A stretch of DNA of 64,000 nt from Lachnospiraceae bacterium (GTDB lineage: Bacteria > Bacillota > Clostridia > Lachnospirales > Lachnospiraceae), in assembly GCA_017940415.1 (NCBI GenBank), contig JAGAYR010000012.1, forward strand, positions 4,723 to 68,722, given 5' to 3'. Within the stretch, counting starts at the first letter, position 1; each line of letters opens with the position of its first letter. The notes below the pieces were generated by a model that searched no databases, was not told the origin of the DNA, and saw only the letters and a list, made by a program, of their open reading frames with translations. Of the stretch, positions 18,104 to 27,803 are shown piece by piece. A program made the translations under genes and the position numbers.

Positions 18104-20146
18104 ATGGGTACATTTTGGATCATTTTGGCGATAATCGAGCTTTTGGTTATCATCGCAGGCGTAGTGGTATGGCTTCTTGGCAAAAAGAAGAAGGATGCCA
18201 TGGTGGACAGTGCAAGACAGCTTGCCAAGGGAAAACTCAATATCGACGATATTCCCGTATCCGGAAGTAATTCTTCCGAAGATGTTATTGCAAACGGCTT
18301 GAATCTCATCAAGTCAAACATGCTCACATTTGTTGAGTCAACCAAGCAGAATACTGTTGTACTCTCCGATGCCATCGACAGATTGACCGAGAACATGAAG
18401 GCCAATCAGGAAGGCACCGAGATGATCGCCAACAACACAATAAGTGTTGAAGAGAGAACCTCAAAACAGCTTGAGATGGTGGATGACAACAAGCATGTTA
18501 TGGAGTCCAACTATGACCAGCTTAATGAGATAGGTAACTCCATGACAGAGATCGGAGATCTTCTGGGAGAGACTGCTCAGATGAGCAATAACGGAATGGA
18601 GATTCTTGAAGGATATAACAGAGAAATGGATGTTGTATCCGAGGATCTTAACAATATCAACGAAACTCTTGTGAAGTTTAACGATCAGATACAGAAGGTA
18701 TACGAGGTCGGAGATTTCATAGTTGATATCAGTACTCAGCTTAAACTTTTGTCCTTCAACGCTTCAATAGAAGCGGCAAGAGCGGGAGAGGCCGGAAGAG
18801 GCTTCGCGGTTGTTGCAGGTGAAATGACCGGAATGTCCGAACAGACCAAGGAAGGTATGGACAGGATCAGTACGATTCTTTCCGAGATCATGACCAGTTC
18901 TTCCCACGTTACCGAGAGTATTAATAAAGTAACCGAATCCTTCAATGAGAGTAAGGCTACATTCACGGAAGTAAACAGCTCTTTTGGAGCCATCAACACG
19001 AATTCCACTCAGATTCAGACCAAGATCACCGACATCAATAAGATGTTCAGCGTGATGGAGGATAATTTCCAAAGATCCAAAGATATTGCGGATCGGATGT
19101 ATGATACCGCCAAAGATATAAATGAGTCGACGGAAGATATCGCAGCTGCATCTCAGGAAGTTACCGCAGAAGCTACTCAGATCGGAGAAAATACTGCAGC
19201 CCTTGATGATATGCTGAAGGGAATCAGAAAACTGATCGGCAGATTCGATACCGGCGTGATGCCCGAGAACAACAGAAGCGGTAAAGAGATCAAGATCGGA
19301 ATGGTCAGCATGAACGATAATGATTTCTGGTACGGTGTAAAGCGCGGTGCGAATTATGCAGTTAAGGAATTGGCACCTTTTAAGACTAAGGTTACATTTA
19401 CTCCCATTAATCCCGGTGATGACGGAGATAAGGTAAGAGAATACATTCAGAGCTTTATCGACCAGAAATATGATGCCATCATATATCCCGGATTCCTGGG
19501 CGGTGTAGATAAGCAGCTTGAACAGGCAAGGTCAAAGGGCATTAAGCTGATGACATTCAACTGTGACTGTTCAAATACCAAGCTCAGACTTGCATGCCTT
19601 AAGGCGGATTCCATTGAACAGGGTCAGCTTGCAGCCAAATCCGCAGCCGGCCTGATCGGAAAGAGCGGAAATGTCGGAATCCTGATGGGAAGTGATACCA
19701 TCATCGGTAATGTCGAGCGTAGAAAGGGCTTTATTGATACCATCGGAAAATATAAATCCATCAAGCTTGTGGGAGAGATGTCCGTTAAGGATGACAGCGA
19801 TGATGTTTATAAGAAGACCAAGGAATACTTAAGCAAACATCCTGAGGTTCAGGTGCTCTTCCTTACAAACGGATTCCCCGAAGATGTGGCAAGGGCAGTT
19901 GTTGATGCCGGACGTAAAGGCAAGACCAAGGTTGTCGGATTTGACCTTAATCCCGGACTCTTCCCTTACATCAAGAACGGAGCCGTCGGATCCATCATCA
20001 GTCAGGATTCCTTCGGACAGGGACACGATCCCATCGTACTTATGTACAACCACATTGCTGCGGGAACTTCTTTCCCCGGAGAGACGATCTCCTGCAGAGC
20101 ATCTGTTGCGGATGCTTCCAATATAGACCAACTGATCGAAGCATGA
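18104..20146 (+). CDS. Methyl-accepting chemotaxis protein fused to a C-terminal RbsB-like sugar-binding domain
   Basis: One N-terminal TM; LLSFNASIEAARAGEAGRGFAVVA hairpin tip; NDFW, ERRKGF, VVGFD, QDSFGQG. Confidence 0.9.
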   Translation: MGTFWIILAIIELLVIIAGVVVWLLGKKKKDAMVDSARQLAKGKLNIDDIPVSGSNSSEDVIANGLNLIKSNMLTFVESTKQNTVVLSDAIDRLTENMKANQEGTEMIANNTISVEERTSKQLEMVDDNKHVMESNYDQLNEIGNSMTEIGDLLGETAQMSNNGMEILEGYNREMDVVSEDLNNINETLVKFNDQIQKVYEVGDFIVDISTQLKLLSFNASIEAARAGEAGRGFAVVAGEMTGMSEQTKEGMDRISTILSEIMTSSSHVTESINKVTESFNESKATFTEVNSSFGAINTNSTQIQTKITDINKMFSVMEDNFQRSKDIADRMYDTAKDINESTEDIAAASQEVTAEATQIGENTAALDDMLKGIRKLIGRFDTGVMPENNRSGKEIKIGMVSMNDNDFWYGVKRGANYAVKELAPFKTKVTFTPINPGDDGDKVREYIQSFIDQKYDAIIYPGFLGGVDKQLEQARSKGIKLMTFNCDCSNTKLRLACLKADSIEQGQLAAKSAAGLIGKSGNVGILMGSDTIIGNVERRKGFIDTIGKYKSIKLVGEMSVKDDSDDVYKKTKEYLSKHPEVQVLFLTNGFPEDVARAVVDAGRKGKTKVVGFDLNPGLFPYIKNGAVGSIISQDSFGQGHDPIVLMYNHIAAGTSFPGETISCRASVADASNIDQLIEA

Positions 20147-20151
20147 TCATG

Positions 20152-20190
20152 AAAAGTCCCGACGCCGCATATGGGCGCCGGGACAATTTT
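20152..20190 (+). terminator. Probable terminator hairpin
   Basis: gtcccgacgcc/ggcgccgggac stem then aatttt. Confidence 0.5.
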
Positions 20191-20208
20191 GTTATATGGG
20201 AAGAATTT

Positions 20209-20928
20209 ATGAGAATATTACTGACAAATGATGACGGAATAAACGCTCACGGATTGGAAAGGCTTGCGAAAGCCGTGCTGAAATATGGAGAGGTTTGGGT
20301 CGTGGCTCCTGCGGAGGAGAGAAGTGCCGCAAGCCATAGCGTGACATTAAGACATCCTCTGGATGTTTATCCCATCACGGATTATTCCATAGAAGGAGTG
20401 AAGGCCTACTCTTGTTCAGGCACTCCGGTGGATTGCGTAAGAGTCGGAAGCCTAAGCGTCATGCCTGAAAAACCCGATGTTGTTATATCCGGAATAAACA
20501 ATGGATTTAACATGGCGTCGGACCTTCAGTATTCCGCCACGGTAGGCGCGGCCTTTGAGGGAACATTTCAGGAGTATCACGCGATTGCAATATCTGAAGC
20601 TTTCGACGGACCTCATGAAGTAACGGATCATTATCTTCCCGAGATACTTGATCGTATATTATACGAACAGCTTCCGCCGGGACATATACACAATGTAAAC
20701 TTTCCCGAATGCAGTATTTCCGAGTGTAAAGGAATACTGTACGATCGAAAGGTTTCAAGGGGAATGTTTTTCAAGGACAGATATAACGAGATTGAAAAAC
20801 TGGAGAACGGCGGTATCAGATATATGATCGAAGGAATTAAAACTCCGGTTGCCGAAGAAGAAACGGATTTCAAAGCGCTTCTCGATCATTATGTTTCTGT
20901 CGGCACAGTGAATAATATCGGATATTGA
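20209..20928 (+). CDS. surE: 5'/3'-nucleotidase SurE
   Basis: MRILLTNDDG, SGTPVDCV, SGINNG, YSATVGAA. Confidence 0.95.
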   Translation: MRILLTNDDGINAHGLERLAKAVLKYGEVWVVAPAEERSAASHSVTLRHPLDVYPITDYSIEGVKAYSCSGTPVDCVRVGSLSVMPEKPDVVISGINNGFNMASDLQYSATVGAAFEGTFQEYHAIAISEAFDGPHEVTDHYLPEILDRILYEQLPPGHIHNVNFPECSISECKGILYDRKVSRGMFFKDRYNEIEKLENGGIRYMIEGIKTPVAEEETDFKALLDHYVSVGTVNNIGY

Positions 20929-20944
20929 TACGGAGGAAAGCGGG

Positions 20945-21728
20945 ATGAATAAAAATACTGTATTACTTCTTAAAGTGTACGGAATTGCCTGGGTTCTTAT
21001 GTTTCTGATACTCAGTGCAGTAATGTATCCCATATTGAAAATTCCGGGAACATACAGTGTTGGAAAATTTTTTGGCATTGTCATCCCCCTGACTTTTGTT
21101 TCCGCATTCATATTGCTTAAGGTAATGTATAGCAATGAAAAAAAGAATCCCATCGGAAAAGAATGATACTAAGTCCAATTACTATGTAACATTCATGCTG
21201 CACGCAGCATCCGCGTACAGCATGAAAAAGGAATATGACAAAGCTCTGAACTATATTAATTCCATTGACACAAATGAGATCAGATCCAAGGAACAGGAAT
21301 TTATGGATAAAGGAGAAACTCTGGCTCTGTATTTTAATACTCAGATGGGTATATGTCAGGGGATTAAGGATGTTGCGAGGGCCGAGAATGTTCTGGCAGA
21401 TGCAAAGAGTTACATTGACAGATATTATAAGGCAGGCGGAATGAATCTCCTTGCGATAGAGGATATGTACTGCTCATATTATTGCCTGAAAGGGGATTAT
21501 GAGAACGAATTTGCTCATGCAACTAAGATATTGGAATCAAATCTTCCCGATGCAGCAAAAAATCCCATGGCATATCTGAAAATTCTGGAAGTGTATTGTA
21601 AGACAGGGCAGAAAGAAAATGCAGATGAAATGTATGGGCTCCTTAAGAATGCGCTGTACAATCCTAAGAATTCCAATGCCGATATTCTGATGAAGTATGC
21701 GGATGATGTGATGGCGGAAATAATCTGA
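20945..21728 (+). pseudogene. Possibly frameshifted membrane-anchored TPR-like protein (ORFs 20945-21166 and 21135-21728)
   Basis: Two-TM ORF with a good RBS overlaps a helical TPR-like ORF in the +1 frame across an A7 run at 21138-21144. Confidence 0.45.
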
Positions 21729-21730
21729 TC

Positions 21731-21760
21731 TGCATTTCACAGCCTAAAAATGCATTTCAC
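21731..21760 (+). promoter_or_regulatory. Direct repeat TGCATTTCAC x2, probable LytTR operator
   Basis: Perfect 10-mer repeats with 10-nt spacer, upstream of TGATATATT (-10-like, 21791) and a LytTR-containing operon. Confidence 0.7.
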
Positions 21761-21830
21761 GGCAGATTCCCACAAATAAGAATTTTTAAATGATATATTC
21801 GCCTCAACAAGAAAACATGGAGGCGGATAT

Positions 21831-23189
21831 ATGGAAAAATTATTATTTATCGTACTTGTAATAACAGAAATCGTCTTTGCGGCATGGACCATAAAGAAGA
21901 AGACATCGAAGAAAAAATGGTCGATAAGCAGAACCGCAGCAAATGCGGCAGAGCTTCTTGTTTATCTGATCATGCTGATACTTCCTGGTATTGATTTTTC
22001 GTTCAGGTTCAAAGGGCTGTTTATACTTCTGGTAATAAGAATTCTTATATCGGTTATCGTATTTGCCGTAAGCAGAAAAAATGAAAAGAGCAAGAAGTCT
22101 TCAAGAATAGTTTTGGGGACTGTATTCGGAATTATCATGATCGCATTAAGTATGATTCCCGCATTTATCTTCAGGGATTATACCGGAAGACCTGTGAGCG
22201 GTCCTTACAGTGTGGCACAGAGCAGGGCGATACTTATCGATGAAACCAGATTGGAAGAAAATGAAAACGACGGATCCTTCAGAGAGGTTCCGGTTTATTT
22301 CTTCTATCCGGAGTGCATAGATGAACTTGATGAGGAATCCCTTCCTCTTGTGATGTTCAGTCACGGAGCTTTCGGCTATTACGAAAGCAATGCATCAACA
22401 TATCTTGAACTTGCTTCCAACGGTTACATTGTTGTAAGTATCGAGCATCCCTATCATTCTCTGTTCACCAAAGATACAACCGGAAAAACCATAACGGTAG
22501 ATCCTGAGTTTTTTGCCGGCGCAATGGATGCAGGTTCAAAAAGCGAAGCTGAGGTTTACGGGATCACTTCCGGATGGATGGAGATAAGAGAAGCGGATAT
22601 GAATTTTGCTCTTGATACCATCATCCACTCTGCAGAAACCGGAGAGCTTGGAGACGAATGGTTTTTGACCGAAGATAGCGAGGATGCTTTCACGAAAATT
22701 CTATCGGGAATAGATACGGATAATATCGGACTCATGGGCCATTCTCTTGGCGGAGCAACTGCCGTTACCGTGGGCAGAAGGGAAGATGTATCCGCGGTTA
22801 TTGATTTTGACGGAACGATGCTCGGAGAAGAGATCGGATATGAGAACGGAAATATTATCGTTAATCCTGAGCCATATAATACTCCCATACTTTGTTTTGA
22901 TTCCGAATCCCATCACGCAGACAGAGTACTTGCGGAAGAGACCGGCTATGTCTACTCCAATAATGTGATAATGGATAATGCTGCGGAAGGTTATTCGGTT
23001 TATTTCGAAGAGACCGCTCATATGAATTTTACGGATCTTCCTCTTTTTTCACCTTTTCTTGCGAAGAACCTCGGAATGGGAGACAGAGATCCCGAAGAAT
23101 GTATAGATAAGATCAATTCCATTACCCTTCAGTTCTTTGACAGATACTTAAAGGGGATCGGAGATTTTGAGATTGATGGAAAATACTGA
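21831..23189 (+). CDS. Membrane-anchored alpha/beta hydrolase (PAF-acetylhydrolase-like)
   Basis: N-terminal TMs; FSHG, LASNGYIV, GHSLGG nucleophile elbow, HMNFTD. Confidence 0.85.
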   Translation: MEKLLFIVLVITEIVFAAWTIKKKTSKKKWSISRTAANAAELLVYLIMLILPGIDFSFRFKGLFILLVIRILISVIVFAVSRKNEKSKKSSRIVLGTVFGIIMIALSMIPAFIFRDYTGRPVSGPYSVAQSRAILIDETRLEENENDGSFREVPVYFFYPECIDELDEESLPLVMFSHGAFGYYESNASTYLELASNGYIVVSIEHPYHSLFTKDTTGKTITVDPEFFAGAMDAGSKSEAEVYGITSGWMEIREADMNFALDTIIHSAETGELGDEWFLTEDSEDAFTKILSGIDTDNIGLMGHSLGGATAVTVGRREDVSAVIDFDGTMLGEEIGYENGNIIVNPEPYNTPILCFDSESHHADRVLAEETGYVYSNNVIMDNAAEGYSVYFEETAHMNFTDLPLFSPFLAKNLGMGDRDPEECIDKINSITLQFFDRYLKGIGDFEIDGKY

Positions 23190-23634
23190 TAAGCCGTTGG
23201 ATGTTGAAGTCAAACTGATTCATCCCGAAGAAACAGAATATGTGAAGATAGGCTGTCACAAGGTTGATGATCGTATCGATGAGATTACCAGATTCATCAA
23301 ATCAAGACAGGGAAGCCTGGAAGGGTATTCCGAAGGTGATATGTATAACATTCCAATAACGGATGTGTACTACATTGAATCGGTTGACGACAGAACCTTT
23401 CTCTATCTGGAAAAAGAAACCTATGAATCAAGAAAGCGTTTGTACGAACTTGAGAAGGTTACGGATTCTTTTCATTTCATAAGGATCTCAAAATCGGTTG
23501 TTGTAAATCTGATGAAGGTGGATTCCATCAAGCCTGCGCTTAACGGAAGATTTTCCTGTAAGCTGAAAAACGGTGAAGAAGTGATAATTTCCAGAAAGTA
23601 TGTGCAGGGGCTTAAGGATAAACTCAAGGGATGA
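23176..23634 (+). CDS. LytTR family transcriptional regulator without a receiver domain
   Basis: YYIES, RLYELE, FIRISKSVVVN, LKNGEEVIISRKY. Confidence 0.92.
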   Translation: MENTDKPLDVEVKLIHPEETEYVKIGCHKVDDRIDEITRFIKSRQGSLEGYSEGDMYNIPITDVYYIESVDDRTFLYLEKETYESRKRLYELEKVTDSFHFIRISKSVVVNLMKVDSIKPALNGRFSCKLKNGEEVIISRKYVQGLKDKLKG

Positions 23635-23640
23635 TTTAGT

Positions 23641-24087
23641 ATGAAGGAACATTTGAAAGAACATTTAAAAGAATGCCTGAGAAATTATTTTATAATAGTA
23701 ACCGGTATCAATCTTGCGGTCTTTATTCTGGGCATGATATTTAAACCGGATCAAAAACTGGGATATGATGCTTTTCTTTATCCCATCATTTACGGTGCAT
23801 TAACAAGTATCCCCAACCTTCTTATGGTTGAAAAGAAAGAACCTACCGTAAGACAGACAATCTTCAGAGAGATCATCGGTGTGATCCTGATAAGCGCAAT
23901 CCTTTTGACCACAATGTTCGGAGGAATGGAGATTACGGGGGAACTCATTATCATAAGTTGTGGTATAGTGTTAAGTGTCATCTGTATCACTTTGATGGTT
24001 AATGCAGTATCCTGGATACTTGATTCCAGAAAGGCCGAGAGTCTTACAAATGATCTGGTTGCATTCCAGAATAAAATAAACGGATAG
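23641..24087 (+). CDS. Four-TM membrane protein (DUF3021-like LytTR partner)
   Basis: Four hydrophobic segments, short C-terminal helix, directly after LytTR. Confidence 0.65.
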   Translation: MKEHLKEHLKECLRNYFIIVTGINLAVFILGMIFKPDQKLGYDAFLYPIIYGALTSIPNLLMVEKKEPTVRQTIFREIIGVILISAILLTTMFGGMEITGELIIISCGIVLSVICITLMVNAVSWILDSRKAESLTNDLVAFQNKING

Positions 24088-24099
24088 AAGGTTATAAAA

Positions 24100-25131
24100 A
24101 TGAAATTTGATGAGAAGTTTTTTATTAAGACATTAAAAGAACTTTTGGATATTGATTCAGTCACCGGCCAGTATCACGAACTTCAGGACTATCTTGTAAA
24201 GGAAGCAAATAGCCTTGGTTTTAAAGCAACTACCCTTAAAAAGGGAGGAGTACTTATTGACCTTGGAGGTAAAGGCGAAGGAAGAGTAATAAGTGCACAC
24301 GGCGATACCATAGGCCTTATGGTTCGACATATCAATTCCGACGGAACCATTAAAGTCTGCCCTGTAGGCGGACTGCATGCTCACAATTCAGACAGTGAAA
24401 ATATCCGTATCCATACACGCAGCGGTAAGGTGATCACCGGAGCTCTTCAGAGAAAACTCTCTTCGGTACATGTAACTCCCGATAAAGCCTGGGAGGCACT
24501 TCCCAGCTTTGAGGAAAATATCGTAGCCGTTGTTGATTCTGAAGTTAAGAATGCTGAAGACGTAAGAAAACTCGGAATCGAAGTCGGAGACTATATTGCT
24601 CTCGATCACAGATTCAAATATGAGAACGGTTATATCAAGTCACGTTTCATTGATGACAAGGCGCAGGTTGCCATTCTTCTTGAAATCCTCAGAGATATGA
24701 AAAAGGAGAAAAAGACTCCTGCGAAGAAGACATATTTCCTTATTCCTTTCCACGAGGAGATCGGCTTCGGAGGATCATGGCTTCCCGATAATGTGGCGGA
24801 ATTCCTTGCGGTTGATATTGCATGCATCGGACCCGAGCAGACATCCGATGAGAGAAAGGTATCCATCTTCTTCAAGGATACGAGAGCTCCTTACAATTTC
24901 GACATGACAAGAGATCTTGAGAAGAAGGCCAAGAAAGCGAAGGTTGATTTTGTTCCCGATATCTTCACCCCTCATTACGGAACGGATGCCGATACTTCAC
25001 TTGTTGCCGGATATGATATCCGTCATGCAGCCATCGGTCCCGGAACCAGAGCAACTCACGGATATGAGAGAACACATATAGATGCTATCCGTGATACATA
25101 TTCATTGGTGCTTGCTTATATGTTTGACTGA
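24100..25131 (+). CDS. M42 family metallo-aminopeptidase
   Basis: SAHGDTIG, SRFIDDK, EEIG, THGYERTH. Confidence 0.9.
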   Translation: MKFDEKFFIKTLKELLDIDSVTGQYHELQDYLVKEANSLGFKATTLKKGGVLIDLGGKGEGRVISAHGDTIGLMVRHINSDGTIKVCPVGGLHAHNSDSENIRIHTRSGKVITGALQRKLSSVHVTPDKAWEALPSFEENIVAVVDSEVKNAEDVRKLGIEVGDYIALDHRFKYENGYIKSRFIDDKAQVAILLEILRDMKKEKKTPAKKTYFLIPFHEEIGFGGSWLPDNVAEFLAVDIACIGPEQTSDERKVSIFFKDTRAPYNFDMTRDLEKKAKKAKVDFVPDIFTPHYGTDADTSLVAGYDIRHAAIGPGTRATHGYERTHIDAIRDTYSLVLAYMFD

Positions 25132-25143
25132 TAATACTGATAT

Positions 25144-25188
25144 AGAGCCAAAGAGTTTAGGAAAAATTAACTCCTTGGCTCTTTTTTT
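25144..25188 (+). terminator. Rho-independent terminator
   Basis: agagccaaagagtt/aactccttggctct plus T-run. Confidence 0.8.
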
Positions 25189-25259
25189 ATATATCCCGTA
25201 TATCGTATAATGGACGGGACGGTCGCGGGGGAGTTCACATATCCGTTATTGGAGGGATT

Positions 25260-25967
25260 ATGGAACGCGGGGTAAAAGAAGACGTAAAAACCGAAGATCG
25301 CGAGTGCTTTGAATTTTTCTTAAATGTCTGCATCATTGTGTTTGCCGGTATCGGCACTGTTTTGATGTGGAAGAATACCGATTCCGGCGCAGGACTTATG
25401 GCATCGGGATTTGCTAATCTGAAATACTTTACTGTTCTGTCCAATCTTTTTTGCGGTATTGTTGCTATAGTCCGCGTGTTTTATTTTCTCATCGGACGAA
25501 AATTCTCAATCTTGATTAAACTTATGGCAGCCTCTGCCACAGGCCTTACATTTCTGATAATCGCGGCATTTCTTCAGCCGTTGTATCCGAATTTAAATCT
25601 GTATGAGGGAGGAAATCTTTATTTTCATCTGATTGTTCCCCTTCTTGCGATGGCGGAGTTTGTCTGTATAAGTACCAAAGAGAAAATTCCGTTTAAATAC
25701 ACATGGATATCATCACTGCTTGCTTTGGCATACGGAATATATTATCTGGGAAATATTCTCATAAACGGGATAGGGGTATGGCCCGATTCCAATGACTGGT
25801 ACGGATTCTTAAATTGGGGATATCCCATAGGAATGCTGATCTTTGCTTTGATAGTTTTGATGGATTTCGGAATAGCATGTCTGCTCAGGTATATGAACGG
25901 ACTCATGAGGAGGCTCAGATTCAGGATTCGCGGTTTTATGGAGGCAAAGAATGAAAATAACTCTTAA
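25260..25967 (+). CDS. Polytopic membrane protein (Pr6Pr/FAR-17a-like)
   Basis: YFTVLSN, FHLIVPLL, YGFLN motifs; several TMs; start uncertain. Confidence 0.65.
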   Translation: MERGVKEDVKTEDRECFEFFLNVCIIVFAGIGTVLMWKNTDSGAGLMASGFANLKYFTVLSNLFCGIVAIVRVFYFLIGRKFSILIKLMAASATGLTFLIIAAFLQPLYPNLNLYEGGNLYFHLIVPLLAMAEFVCISTKEKIPFKYTWISSLLALAYGIYYLGNILINGIGVWPDSNDWYGFLNWGYPIGMLIFALIVLMDFGIACLLRYMNGLMRRLRFRIRGFMEAKNENNS

Positions 25968-26045
25968 CAGAAATGGTTCTTCTATATTTTCTATCCGCTT
26001 CATTTGCTGATACTGGCTTACATATTTGTGTTCAGATAATAATGG

Positions 26046-26077
26046 ATCGTGGGACTGAAAAGTCCCACGATTTTTTT
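26046..26077 (+). terminator. Rho-independent terminator
   Basis: atcgtgggact/agtcccacgat perfect stem plus T-run. Confidence 0.85.
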
Positions 26078-26160
26078 AAATAATTTTTTGTATCAGGTGA
26101 TAAGATTTTTATTTCTTTTGCGGCTATAGTAGTAGAGGGACAAAAAATCGGAGATATCTG

Positions 26161-26718
26161 ATGGACGATAAACAGATAATTGAATTGTATTTTAAAAGGG
26201 ACGAAAAAGCACTTTCCGAAACACAGAATAAATACGGAAAGTACTGTCTTAAGATTGCCGGAAATATCCTTGAAGATATCGAAGATTCCAAGGAGTGTGT
26301 TAACGATACCTGGGTCACTGTCTGGAATAAGATCCCTCCCATAATACCTGCATCTTTAAAAGCTTTTCTGGGAAAGATTGTCAGAGACATATCCTTAAGC
26401 AAGTACAGAGAAAATCATGCGGGAAAGCGATATAGTGCAATGACCGTGATGCTGGATGAACTGGAAGACTGTATTCCATCCGGAATAAATGTCGAAGATC
26501 AGGCGGAAAAAAGAGAATTGATCGGTTTGGTTAATGATTACCTGGAGAGCATTAAGACTGAGGACCGAGTGCTGTTCGTGCGAAGATATTATTTCGGAGA
26601 ATCCGTAAAAGCTCTGTCGGAAGAATTCGGATGTTCGGAAAACAGAATGACACAGAAACTTTTAAAGATACGTAAAAAACTCAAAACATTTGTTGAAAAG
26701 GGAGGCTATGAATTATGA
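26161..26718 (+). CDS. ECF-type RNA polymerase sigma factor
   Basis: Region 2 (EDSKECVNDTW, AFLGKIVR) and region 4 (LFVRRYYFGES). Confidence 0.92.
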   Translation: MDDKQIIELYFKRDEKALSETQNKYGKYCLKIAGNILEDIEDSKECVNDTWVTVWNKIPPIIPASLKAFLGKIVRDISLSKYRENHAGKRYSAMTVMLDELEDCIPSGINVEDQAEKRELIGLVNDYLESIKTEDRVLFVRRYYFGESVKALSEEFGCSENRMTQKLLKIRKKLKTFVEKGGYEL

Positions 26719-27737
26719 ATTCGGAAGATATGTATAATGTCATATCCGAACTATCCCCTACCGTTTTAGATGAAGCGGAAAAATATAAATTCGGCAAAGA
26801 CTACACTCCTGTTAAGATACTGGCAGCTGCCGCATGTATTATTTTCCTCATATGCGGATCTGTTCCCGTGATGGCAGCATGTGACAATGAAGCTGCATAC
26901 CGGTTAATGTATTCTATTGCTCCTTCATTCGCACAGAGATTAAAACCCGTGTGCCTGTACAGTGAAAATAAAGGCATTGTAATGGAAGTGGTCGGTGCGG
27001 AAATTGACGGCGGTAACATGAATATCCTTGTATCGATGCGGGACACGGAAGGCGACAGGATCGGAGATATGACGGATCTGTATGACAGTTACAGCATCCA
27101 TACTCCGTACGATCAGTATTCCGGGTGCTCCTTTGCCGGATTCGATGAGGAGACAAAAACCGCATACTTTACGATAAGCATCGATCAGGGTGATCATCCT
27201 CTGAATGAGAATGATAAGATCAGTTTTTCCGTCGGTGAGATACTGCCTTACAAAGAGTATACCTGCACTGAATTGGAAATGATCGATCTTGATAATCTGC
27301 TCCCTGCTGCGGATGTGACAACGGATTATGATCTGAGGGGCGGAAGCGGACCGCTTATTGATGAAGAAGGGTTGGCCGCTATTCCTGTTATCAGTACGGG
27401 TACATCAAGTGATGTCACACTTACCGATGGAGTAACCCTGGAAGGATTCGGGATAGTTGACGGATATCTGCATATTCAGATTAAATATGATTCCATCGGT
27501 TATACAGATAATCACGGATTTATTTACCTGACGGATCCTTCCGGAGAAAGGATCGACTATGATTATTCACTGTCCTGGTGGGATACTGAAAGAATCAACA
27601 GCTACGATGAAACTTGTTTTAAGATCCCCGAAGACGGTTTACAGGGATATAAGCTAATGGGTGAATTCTGGACCTGTAATGACGGTCCCATTGAAGGCCC
27701 CTGGTCGATCACGATACCCGTAAGTATGTTAGAATGA
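26715..27737 (+). CDS. Probable anti-sigma factor (DUF4179-like)
   Basis: Overlaps the sigma gene by ATGA; short N-terminus, one TM, acidic extracellular domain ending GPWSITIP. Confidence 0.7.
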   Translation: MNSEDMYNVISELSPTVLDEAEKYKFGKDYTPVKILAAAACIIFLICGSVPVMAACDNEAAYRLMYSIAPSFAQRLKPVCLYSENKGIVMEVVGAEIDGGNMNILVSMRDTEGDRIGDMTDLYDSYSIHTPYDQYSGCSFAGFDEETKTAYFTISIDQGDHPLNENDKISFSVGEILPYKEYTCTELEMIDLDNLLPAADVTTDYDLRGGSGPLIDEEGLAAIPVISTGTSSDVTLTDGVTLEGFGIVDGYLHIQIKYDSIGYTDNHGFIYLTDPSGERIDYDYSLSWWDTERINSYDETCFKIPEDGLQGYKLMGEFWTCNDGPIEGPWSITIPVSMLE

Positions 27738-27803
27738 TTCCACAAGAAATATCAAAAAAGTATTCGAGCATGATGATAATCTTTTTCATACAGGAGGTAA
27801 TGT

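Noticed and set aside
21138-21145. A_AAA_AAG programmed -1 frameshift site
   Set aside because: The downstream ORF is in the +1 frame, so a -1 shift would not join them.
25951-26010. Short ORF MKITLNRNG... with GGAGG upstream
   Set aside because: Only 19 codons; may be a gene remnant but cannot be supported.
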